A stretch of 32,000 nucleotides of DNA from Alkalilimnicola ehrlichii MLHE-1 (GTDB taxonomy: Bacteria > Pseudomonadota > Gammaproteobacteria > Nitrococcales > Halorhodospiraceae), in NCBI RefSeq assembly GCF_000014785.1, contig NC_008340.1, positions 240,001-272,000 on the forward strand. The letters run 5' to 3'. A model generated the notes under the pieces. It ran no database searches, was not told the origin of the DNA, and saw nothing but the letters and a program-made list of their open reading frames with translations. Below, one piece after another: positions 25,329 through 32,000 of the stretch. The position numbers and the translations under genes are program-made. Positions within the stretch are counted from its first letter, which is position 1. Each line of letters starts with the position of its first letter.

Positions 25329-26521
25329 AGGACGTGACGCGGGTGGAGGTCGCCGTCGTGGGCGGTGGCATGGTAGGCGCCGCGCTGGCGGCCCTGCTGG
25401 GCGACCAGGGGGTGCGGGTGGCGGTGCTGGAGGCGCAGCCACCGCAGCCCTTCGACCCGGCGCAGCCGCTCGACCTGCGGGTCTCGGCCATCAACGCCCA
25501 CTCGGAGGCGGTCTACCGGGCCGCCGGTGCCTGGGAGGGGATGCTCGCCCGGCGCGGCTGCCCCTACGACGAGGTACGGGTCTGGGACCAGGGCAGCACG
25601 GCGGTGACCCACTTCCACGCCCGCGACGTCGGTGCGCAGCAACTGGGGTGGTTCCTGGAGAACCGCATCATGCAGCTGGCGTTGCTGGACCGGTTGCAGG
25701 CGTTGCCGTCGGTGGAATGGCTTTGCCCGGCGCGGCCGGTGGCCCTGGAGCCCGAGCCCGATGCCCTGGGGCTGCGCCTGGAGGACGGGCGCCTGATCCG
25801 CGCCGATCTGGTGGTGGGGGCGGACGGCGCGCGCTCAGCGGTGCGGGCCATGGCGGGCATTGACGTGCAGGTGCACGACTACGGCCAGCACGCCCTGCTG
25901 ATCAACGTGCGCACGATGCTGCCTCACCAGAGCGTGACCTGGCAGCGTTTCACCCCGGCCGGCCCCCAGGCCTTCCTGCCGCTGCCGGGGCCGCACGCCT
26001 GCCTGGTCTGGTACGACGATCCCCAGGCCACCGGAATCCGCCTTGGGCTCGACGACGAGACCCTGCGTGGCGAGTTGGAGGCGGAGTTCCCGGAGGAGTT
26101 GGGCAGCCTGGAGGCGGTCCTGGCGCGAGGCGCCTTTCCCCTGCGCCGGACCCATGCCCAGAGCTACCGTGCGCATCGCATCGCGCTGGTTGGAGACGCG
26201 GCACATACCATTCACCCCCTGGCCGGTCAGGGGGTGAACCTGGGGCTGCAGGACGCCGAGGCGCTGGCCGGCCTGTTGTTGGAGGCCCACGCCGCCGGCC
26301 GTCCGCTGCACGGGGCGGGCCTGCTGGCGCGCTACGAGGCCCGCCGGCGGCCAGCCAACCTGATGATGATGCACGGCATGGACCTCTTCAAGGAGGTCTT
26401 CTGCAACGAAAATGAGCTGCTCCGGAGGCTGCGCCGCGCGGGCCTGTGGCTGGCGGATCACGCCGGTCCGGCCAAGGCGGTGGTGGCCCGGTACGCTGAG
26501 GGCGGGCGGCCCCCTCGGTGA
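25325..26521 (+). CDS. UbiH/UbiF/VisC-family FAD-dependent hydroxylase (ubiquinone biosynthesis)
   Basis: 398 aa; GGGMVGAALAALLG FAD-binding, VGADGARSAVR, RIALVGDAAHTIHPLAGQGVNLGLQDAEALAGLL. Confidence 0.93.
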   Translation: MKDVTRVEVAVVGGGMVGAALAALLGDQGVRVAVLEAQPPQPFDPAQPLDLRVSAINAHSEAVYRAAGAWEGMLARRGCPYDEVRVWDQGSTAVTHFHARDVGAQQLGWFLENRIMQLALLDRLQALPSVEWLCPARPVALEPEPDALGLRLEDGRLIRADLVVGADGARSAVRAMAGIDVQVHDYGQHALLINVRTMLPHQSVTWQRFTPAGPQAFLPLPGPHACLVWYDDPQATGIRLGLDDETLRGELEAEFPEELGSLEAVLARGAFPLRRTHAQSYRAHRIALVGDAAHTIHPLAGQGVNLGLQDAEALAGLLLEAHAAGRPLHGAGLLARYEARRRPANLMMMHGMDLFKEVFCNENELLRRLRRAGLWLADHAGPAKAVVARYAEGGRPPR

Positions 26522-26588
26522 CCCTGACGCGCTGACGACTCGCCCCGCTGGCGGCGCCGTCGGCCGCGCAGACCGGCCTATGAAGTGC

Positions 26589-26618
26589 AGGCTCACGCCT
26601 CCTGGGAGGCGTGAGCCT
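26589..26618 (+). terminator. Rho-independent-like terminator hairpin after the ubi hydroxylase
   Basis: AGGCTCACGCCT-CCTGGG-AGGCGTGAGCCT followed by TTGCTGTT; 12 bp stem, 6 nt loop. Confidence 0.7.
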
Positions 26619-26657
26619 TTGCTGTTATGAACCCGTTAAAAATGGAGGATTATCCGC

Positions 26658-27050
26658 ATGAAACAGTCGCTGTTCCAGGAGAAATACCCCATCTTCACCC
26701 TGGAGGTGGAGAAGGCCGAGACCACCTATCAGAGCGTGGATGACATCCTGGTCTACCTTAAGGAGCAGATCGAGGCCCACCCCAAGTGCCGCTTCATCGC
26801 GGAGTTTGACCACTTCAGCCACACCCGTGCCCTGCCGGATGCGGAGATCGCCCCGGAGATCAAGGACGCGAAGAACATCGTCTTCTGTTTCGGCATCAAG
26901 CTCCCGAACCCCCAGGTGATGGCGGTGCGCCCCCGCTCCATGGGCGTCACCGAGTTGGATGACCGGTTTGTGATTGCCTTCATGGAGGCCCCCATGCCGG
27001 TGGCCAACGACGCCATGGAGCGTTGGGCGAAGGGGGTCCGCAACCGCTGA
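26658..27050 (+). CDS. Conserved hypothetical protein (130 aa)
   Basis: MKQSLFQEKYPIFTLEVEKAETTYQSVDDILVYLKEQIEAHPKCRFIAEFDHFSHTRAL...; good ATG, long clean ORF, no confidently recognised family. Confidence 0.75.
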   Translation: MKQSLFQEKYPIFTLEVEKAETTYQSVDDILVYLKEQIEAHPKCRFIAEFDHFSHTRALPDAEIAPEIKDAKNIVFCFGIKLPNPQVMAVRPRSMGVTELDDRFVIAFMEAPMPVANDAMERWAKGVRNR

Positions 27051-27141
27051 CCGGACCAAGCAGAGGGCAGGGCCGTGCCGGCGCGCTGCCCTCTTGGGTG
27101 CCGGCCAGCGGCGCGGGTGTGCGCCGGGTCGGCGCGTTGGT

Positions 27142-27813
27142 TTAACGCCCCTCCTGGAAGGCCTCCTGCTCCAGCTTCATGAATTCCACCAGGGCGGCCA
27201 GCTCCTCCGAGTCCCAGTCCAAGGGCTCGGCGGCCATGGGTGAGACCATGCAGATCTGCACCATCTCGTCCAAGTGCACCTCGTTGAGGCCGAAATCCCG
27301 CTGGGCCATCTCCACGTGGTGGGGAAAGGGTTGGGCGAAGGTATCGGCATAACCGGCACCCTCCATGTGGCAACTGGCGCAGGCCAGGTTGTTGGTGGAC
27401 AGCTCCCGGTTATAGAACAGGTCCTCGCCCAGGGCGGCCAGTGCCTCAGGGTCGCCCTCGAAGGGCTGATAATCGGCGGGTCGTGTCACGGCGTCGCGCA
27501 GTGCCTCCCCGGCCTCGGCCTCTCCTTCGCCCTCTGCCTCGGCTTCACCCTCGGCCTCGGCTTCACCCTCGGCCTCACCCTCGGCTTCGGCTTCGGCTTC
27601 GCCCTCTGCGCGGGCCTCGGCTTCCGCCTCGCCCTCTGCGACGGGGATAAGGTACGCGGCACTGGGTGATGAGCCAGGCTCAACCGGTTGCGCGGCCATC
27701 ACGCCGGCCGAACTGTAGGCGGCCAATGCGATCAGCGGGGCCGAGGCAATGGCCCCGTAAGACAAGTTTCGAAGCAGGCGTTGTCGCTTGGCGTCGTTCT
27801 GCTCCATTTTCAT
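27142..27813 (-). CDS. c-type cytochrome with N-terminal membrane anchor/signal and AEGE low-complexity linker
   Basis: Heme motif CASCH, distal Met candidates (QICMVSPMA); MKMEQNDAKRQRLLRNLSYGAIASAPLIALAAYSSAGVMAA anchor; 46-residue A/E/G repeat region encoded at about 27502-27639. Confidence 0.8.
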   Translation of the reverse strand: MKMEQNDAKRQRLLRNLSYGAIASAPLIALAAYSSAGVMAAQPVEPGSSPSAAYLIPVAEGEAEAEARAEGEAEAEAEGEAEGEAEAEGEAEAEGEGEAEAGEALRDAVTRPADYQPFEGDPEALAALGEDLFYNRELSTNNLACASCHMEGAGYADTFAQPFPHHVEMAQRDFGLNEVHLDEMVQICMVSPMAAEPLDWDSEELAALVEFMKLEQEAFQEGR

Positions 27814-27856
27814 AGGTTTCCTCCTCTGATGATCCGGCAATCGTGTTGCCTGGGGG

Positions 27857-29518
27857 TCACGCGGTTCCTTTCATGGCGGCCTCCTCACTGGGGTGGTGTT
27901 TGGGGGTGACTGGGTGAAAGGTGTCCGGCGACGCCCTGGGCCAGTACTCACGGAATACTGCCGGGTAGGCGGGGGCGCCGGACAGCAGCGCGTTCTTTTC
28001 AACGAAGGGGTAGAGTTCCGCGAAGCTCCGGACCTCGGTGCCGGACAGGCGCCGGTAGATATGGTCGGGTGTGAGCTGGTCGAGGTGGCTCAGGCCAGCG
28101 GCGGCCAGCAGGCTGCCGAGCGCCTCCACGGTCCCTGCGTGGAAGTTGCGTACTCGCAGCGCCTTGTCGCCCACGTGCAAGCCGCGGCTGCGCCGCCGGT
28201 CCTGGGTGGCCACCCCGCTGGGGCAGCGGTCGGTATGACAGCTCAGGGACTGGATGCAGCCGAGCGCGAACATGAAGCCACGGGCGGCATTGCACCAGTC
28301 CGCGCCCAGCGCCAGGGTGCGCGCGACCTTGAAGCCGCTGGTCAGTTTGCCGGCGGCCCCCAGGCGGATGTGGTCACGCAGGCCGGTGCCCACCAGGGTG
28401 TTGTGGACCAGCAGCAGGGCCTCGTCCAGCGGCATGCCCAGTCGGTTGATCGACTCCAGGGGCGCGGCACCGGTGCCTCCCTCACCGCCGTCCACGACAA
28501 TGAAATCCGGTCGCTCGTCGCTTGCCTGCATGGCCTTGGCCAGGGCGAACCACTCCCAGGGGTGGCCGATGGCCAGCTTGAAGCCCACCGGCTTGCCGCC
28601 GGAGAGTTCACGCAGTTGCCCGATGAACTGCATCAGCTCCCGGGGCGTGGAAAAGGCGGAATGGCGTGGCGGGGAGATCACGTCCTCACCCTCGGGCACG
28701 CCGCGGGCCGCAGCGATTTCCGGACTCACCTTGGCGGCGGGCAGGATGCCGCCATGCCCGGGTTTCGCGCCCTGGGAGAGCTTGATCTCAATCATGCGGA
28801 CGCTGTCCAGGCCGGCCGTCTCCGCGAAGCGTTCGGGGCTGAAGCTGCCATCCGGGGTCCGGCAGCCGAAATAACCGGAACCGATCTCCCAGACCAGGTC
28901 TCCGCCGTGTTCCAGGTGGTACCGGGAGATGCCTCCCTCGCCGGTGTCCTGATAGAAGCCGCCCAGCCGCGCGCCCTTGTTGAGGGCCAGGATGGCATTG
29001 GCGGAAAGGGCGCCGAAGCTCATGGCAGAGATGTTGAAGACGCTGGCCGAATAGGGTTGTTGGCAGCGACCGCCGATCTCCACTCGGTAGGCCGAGGGAT
29101 CAACGGCTACCGGTTGGACGGAATGGCTGACCCATTCGTAACCGTCGCCGTAGAGGTTCAGCAGGGAGCCAAAGGGGCGCTTGTCCAGTTGGTTCTTGGC
29201 CCGCTGGTAGACCACTGAGCGCTGTTCCCGGGAGAAGGGTCGCTCGTCGGTGTCCGATTCGATGAAGTACTGCCGGATTTCCGGGCCGATACCTTCCAGG
29301 CAGTAGCGCAAGTGAGCGATGACCGGGTAGTTGCGGCTGATGGTGCGGCGGGGCTGGAGCAGATCCCAGGTGCCCAGCAATGAGAGGCCGCCGAAGAGGG
29401 CCACGCCCCACCCCCAGGTGGCGCTGACCTGCAGGCACAGCAGCGAGATCACGAAGGCCGCGATACAGATCAGGTACGGGACATACCGCCCCGGCACTGG
29501 CCATAGCGTCTTGGACAT
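27857..29518 (-). CDS. Membrane-anchored FMN-binding glutamate synthase-like (GltB central/FMN domain) protein lacking the amidotransferase domain
   Basis: From ATG 29518: MSKTLWPVPGRYVPYLICIAAFVISLLCLQVSATWGWGVALFGGL...; FNISAMSFGALSANAILALNKGA, GQGAKPGHGGILP-like GAKPGHGGILPAAKVS, VVDGGEGGTGAAP, CHTDRCPSGVATQD Fe-S motif. Confidence 0.88.
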   Translation of the reverse strand: MSKTLWPVPGRYVPYLICIAAFVISLLCLQVSATWGWGVALFGGLSLLGTWDLLQPRRTISRNYPVIAHLRYCLEGIGPEIRQYFIESDTDERPFSREQRSVVYQRAKNQLDKRPFGSLLNLYGDGYEWVSHSVQPVAVDPSAYRVEIGGRCQQPYSASVFNISAMSFGALSANAILALNKGARLGGFYQDTGEGGISRYHLEHGGDLVWEIGSGYFGCRTPDGSFSPERFAETAGLDSVRMIEIKLSQGAKPGHGGILPAAKVSPEIAAARGVPEGEDVISPPRHSAFSTPRELMQFIGQLRELSGGKPVGFKLAIGHPWEWFALAKAMQASDERPDFIVVDGGEGGTGAAPLESINRLGMPLDEALLLVHNTLVGTGLRDHIRLGAAGKLTSGFKVARTLALGADWCNAARGFMFALGCIQSLSCHTDRCPSGVATQDRRRSRGLHVGDKALRVRNFHAGTVEALGSLLAAAGLSHLDQLTPDHIYRRLSGTEVRSFAELYPFVEKNALLSGAPAYPAVFREYWPRASPDTFHPVTPKHHPSEEAAMKGTA

Positions 29519-29553
29519 GGCGTGCTCCCCGGATCGGGTGGCCACCGACCGGG

Positions 29554-30135
29554 TCAACCGGCGGCGGCGTGAGCGGTGGTCCGTTCGCCGGCCCGCCAGT
29601 AACGCAGGGTCGACGGTGCCACCCCGAACGCCTCATCGGTCCGCAGACCGGCCTGCTCCGCCAGCATGGCGATCAGGGCCATGTGGTGGACCGTGTGGCT
29701 GAGCAGAAACATCAGTTCCCGCTGCAGGCTGGACGGAGTCCAGGTCCGTTGCGGGCCCGCCGACGTGTCGCAGACACAGGCGACCTGTACCGGGGTGTCC
29801 GGTGGCAGCGGGCCGATCTCCCGAGCCAGCCGATCGTCGAGTTCGGCCAACGCACGGAGGGCTTGCTCCGGGTCCTGCTCCAGGGCCTGATCGCGGGCCC
29901 GGCTGTCGTAATCCATTGCCCCCCAGGCGCCGGCGAGCAGGGACTGGACATGCTCCAGGATATGCCGGACCTGCCGCCCGATGCCGTTGCCGCCGTAAGG
30001 CCCGCTGCAAGCCCGGTAGCGCGCGGTGTCCAGGTCGCCGACCAGGTTGGCCAGTTGCCGGAGAAAATGGCGGTTATCGTCCACCAGGCTGACGGTGACG
30101 GGATGACCGTTCCTACATGCTTGTTGATACCCCAT
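29554..30135 (-). CDS. DinB-like four-helix-bundle protein
   Basis: 193 aa from ATG 30135; MGYQQ...GRQVRHILEHVQSLLAG...ELMFLLSHTVHHMALIAMLAEQAGL with conserved spaced histidines; family assignment from motif pattern. Confidence 0.68.
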   Translation of the reverse strand: MGYQQACRNGHPVTVSLVDDNRHFLRQLANLVGDLDTARYRACSGPYGGNGIGRQVRHILEHVQSLLAGAWGAMDYDSRARDQALEQDPEQALRALAELDDRLAREIGPLPPDTPVQVACVCDTSAGPQRTWTPSSLQRELMFLLSHTVHHMALIAMLAEQAGLRTDEAFGVAPSTLRYWRAGERTTAHAAAG

Positions 30136-30283
30136 GACTTCATCCTTTGGCTGGGCAGGCGACCCGGCGGGGCCGCGTCGTGTCGGCAACCCCCGGGGCC
30201 GGTGTCATCGCCTGCGCTGCAATGGGATTGACCTCCTTCTGCCCGGGCGGACGGGGGTCACAGGCGAATGGGGCGGGGCGGCT

Positions 30284-30595
30284 TCAGTAGCCGCCCTCAC
30301 CCTCGGCCTCGCCTTCCGCTTCTCCTTCGGCCTCACCTTCCGCCTCACCTTCCGCTTCGCCCTCGGCCTCGGCCTCCGCCTCACCGGCGGCTTCCGCCTC
30401 GCCGACCGCGGCCTCGGCTTCGCCCTCGCCCTCCGCGGCGGCCATCATCTGATAGCCGCTATCGGCCACCGCGTCCGACATGACGGCGTGAATGCCGGCG
30501 CCACCGCCGACAATCGCCAGAACGGGGACGGTGTAGGCGACACTGCGCGACAAGGTGCGCAGCAGTTGCTGACGGACTGTCTTTTCCTCACTCAT
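30284..30595 (-). CDS. Small protein with hydrophobic N-terminal segment and long (AEGE)n C-terminal tail
   Basis: MSEEKTVRQQLLRTLSRSVAYTVPVLAIVGGGAGIHAVMSDAVADSGYQMMAAAEGEGEAEAAVGEAEAAGEAEAEAEGEAEGEAEGEAEGEAEGEAEGEGGY; N-terminal pattern resembles the AEGE cytochrome at 27142-27813. Confidence 0.65.
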   Translation of the reverse strand: MSEEKTVRQQLLRTLSRSVAYTVPVLAIVGGGAGIHAVMSDAVADSGYQMMAAAEGEGEAEAAVGEAEAAGEAEAEAEGEAEGEAEGEAEGEAEGEAEGEGGY

Positions 30596-30694
30596 ATTGC
30601 CTCCTGTCACTCGGTTGCGGACCCACCCGCATTTTCGAAGATCATGACGACCTTCCTGGGTTCAGAATGACCCGGGAGTCCCCCGGGGAAGGGA

Positions 30695-31120
30695 TCACGC
30701 ATCGTTTCCTTTTGCTAACAAGTAAAGGGCCACGAATAGCAGGCTGACCTGGAACATCATGCCGCCCATCGGGTGGGTCGCCGTTGGCAGAAAGTGCCAC
30801 TGGCCCCAATGCGCCATGAAAATAGCGCCCAGAAGGACCGGCACGGTGGCCAGCGCACCCAGCCGCGTCACCCAGCCGTTGGTGAAGGCACCTACAACCA
30901 CCAGGATGCCGGCGCTGATCTCCGCCAGCGCCACCAGCAGTGCGATGACCAGGGGGAGACCCATCATCTCCGCCCAGGGGCCGATGCCCGCGCCCAGGAA
31001 TTTGTCGACACCCATGTAGGTGAAGACAGAGAAGATCACCGCCCGGAGTAACCAATGGGCATGGCGCTCCACCGTCTGCAGTTCTGTGTTGGCCGTCGAA
31101 ATTCCGGTTGTCATAAGCAT
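30695..31120 (-). CDS. DoxX-like membrane protein
   Basis: In-frame ATG 31120: MLMTTGISTANTELQTVERHAHWLLRAVIFSVFTYMGVDKFLGAGIGPWAEMMGLPLVIALLVALAEISAGILVVVGAFTNGWVTRLGALATVPVLLGAIFMAHWGQW...; four TM helices. Confidence 0.8.
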   Translation of the reverse strand: MLMTTGISTANTELQTVERHAHWLLRAVIFSVFTYMGVDKFLGAGIGPWAEMMGLPLVIALLVALAEISAGILVVVGAFTNGWVTRLGALATVPVLLGAIFMAHWGQWHFLPTATHPMGGMMFQVSLLFVALYLLAKGNDA

Positions 31121-31170
31121 CTGTTGCCACCCTCTGTTGTTGGCTAAGAAAACGCTGAAGGGCCGCCTTT

Positions 31171-31248
31171 CGTCATTGCGATTGCCGCGACGTGTTGCCC
31201 GTAGTGGGGCGAATGGATTGCTTCGTCGCTTCGCTCCTCGCAATGACG
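31171..31248. repeat. 78 bp palindromic interspersed-repeat-like element
   Basis: CGTCATTGCGA (31171-31181) inverted with TCGCAATGACG (31238-31248), plus internal CGACG/CGTCG; interior GATTGCTTCGTCGCTTCGCTCCTCGCAATGACG resembles a sequence common in bacterial repetitive extragenic elements. Confidence 0.65.
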
Positions 31249-31349
31249 AGGTGTGGGAGCCCTTAACGTCCGATCCTTGATGCCTACAATAGAGGTGTGG
31301 GTCAGCGCCCGGTATCCGTAATAACACGCACTGCCGGGTGCACGGTTAA

Positions 31350-32000
31350 CTAGTTCGCTACTTTCTCCTTCCTCCCTTCCGGGTTGATCTCGCGCAGAAC
31401 GTCGTTCGCCGCACGGAGGGCGAGGTAGAGGTCGTCCCGATGCCCCACTGCGTAGACGGGTCGACCGGCCACCCAGTCGGCAAACTGTGACAGCGTTCGG
31501 CCATCCAGCCCGGTACCATCGTGGCGGGCCGTCTCCGGCAGCAGGTGGCCCAAGGCCTCGCGCAGGCCCAGCTGGCGGGCGATGCCCTGATCCCCGCTCG
31601 CGTCGTCGGGGGCGGCAATAAGGATCGCGGCCACCTCAACGGCATCGCGCGCCGGCGTGCCGGTCGCCGGCACCAGGTGGCCACGCTGGCCGAACCACCA
31701 AAGATGGGCAGTGGCGTCCGGCCCGTCGGGCTTTTCACCGGGCCGTGGGGTTGGCGCCGGCGTCGATGATCGTGGCTGGCGGAGCGGCAGCCCGAGGGAG
31801 CGGGCCCGGCCGCTGCCTTCCAGCGCAATGGCCGCGCCGCCGCTGGCGGTCTGGCCGTTCTCCCGGGCCAGGGCGAGGGCCAGGGCATCATCGCCGGTTG
31901 TATCGCCGCGGCAGACCAGCAGGGCGGCACCGGGATGGGACGGGCCGGCCGGGACCAGGGCGCCGGTGATCGCAATCTCCCCGACGTCGGGGGTGCGCCG
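31350..32000 (-). CDS. Hypothetical protein (partial, continues past the right edge)
   Basis: Hand translation of the minus frame ending at 31350 stays open to the window edge (...RTPDVGEIAITGALVPAGPSHPGAALLVCRGDTTGDDALALALARENGQTASGGAAIALEGSGRARSLGLPLRQPRSS...WWFGQRGHLVPATGTPARDAVEVAAILIAAPDDASGDQGIARQLG...). Confidence 0.55.
   Translation of the reverse strand, partial: RRTPDVGEIAITGALVPAGPSHPGAALLVCRGDTTGDDALALALARENGQTASGGAAIALEGSGRARSLGLPLRQPRSSTPAPTPRPGEKPDGPDATAHLWWFGQRGHLVPATGTPARDAVEVAAILIAAPDDASGDQGIARQLGLREALGHLLPETARHDGTGLDGRTLSQFADWVAGRPVYAVGHRDDLYLALRAANDVLREINPEGRKEKVAN

Noticed and set aside
27502-27639. A/E/G-coding tandem tract considered as a CRISPR-like array
   Set aside because: Short degenerate 6-12 bp coding repeats without spacers; it is in-frame low-complexity protein sequence.
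31358-31975. 205 aa minus-strand Pro/Arg-rich ORF
   Set aside because: A different frame (stop at 31350) is open to the window edge and encodes more protein-like sequence.

Overview
This 32 kb, high-GC gammaproteobacterial window has gene content and order that resemble an Ectothiorhodospiraceae genome such as Alkalilimnicola/Halorhodospira (taxonomy is inference, no search run). The centrepiece is a complete arx-type anaerobic respiratory arsenite oxidase locus on the minus strand, arxB2-arxA-arxB-arxC-arxD. It is divergent from a periplasmic binding protein / sensor kinase / sigma-54 activator operon (arxX-arxS-arxR). The divergent intergenic region holds two perfect GTTACC-N4-GGTAAC palindromes 43 bp apart, upstream of a GG-N10-GC (-24/-12) sigma-54 promoter facing arxB2. 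This gives a testable regulatory circuit. The arx operon appears to extend into a monoheme cytochrome c-like protein and SlyD, and it is interrupted between arxC and arxD by a 215 bp element with 45 bp perfect inverted arms. Flanking genes include cupin/TetR with paired operators, lysA/lptM, an alpha/beta hydrolase, transaldolase, apaG/apaH, ampD, a DUF255 thioredoxin-domain protein, nsrR-like/nnrS with an NsrR-like box, a COG0523 GTPase, an FmdB zinc ribbon, a small outer-membrane barrel, a DUF2788-like protein and a ubiH/F hydroxylase. A minus-strand cluster (DoxX, AEGE-repeat protein, DinB-like, membrane-anchored FMN glutamate-synthase-like, AEGE-repeat cytochrome c) is the least explained part and the best candidate for an undescribed system.
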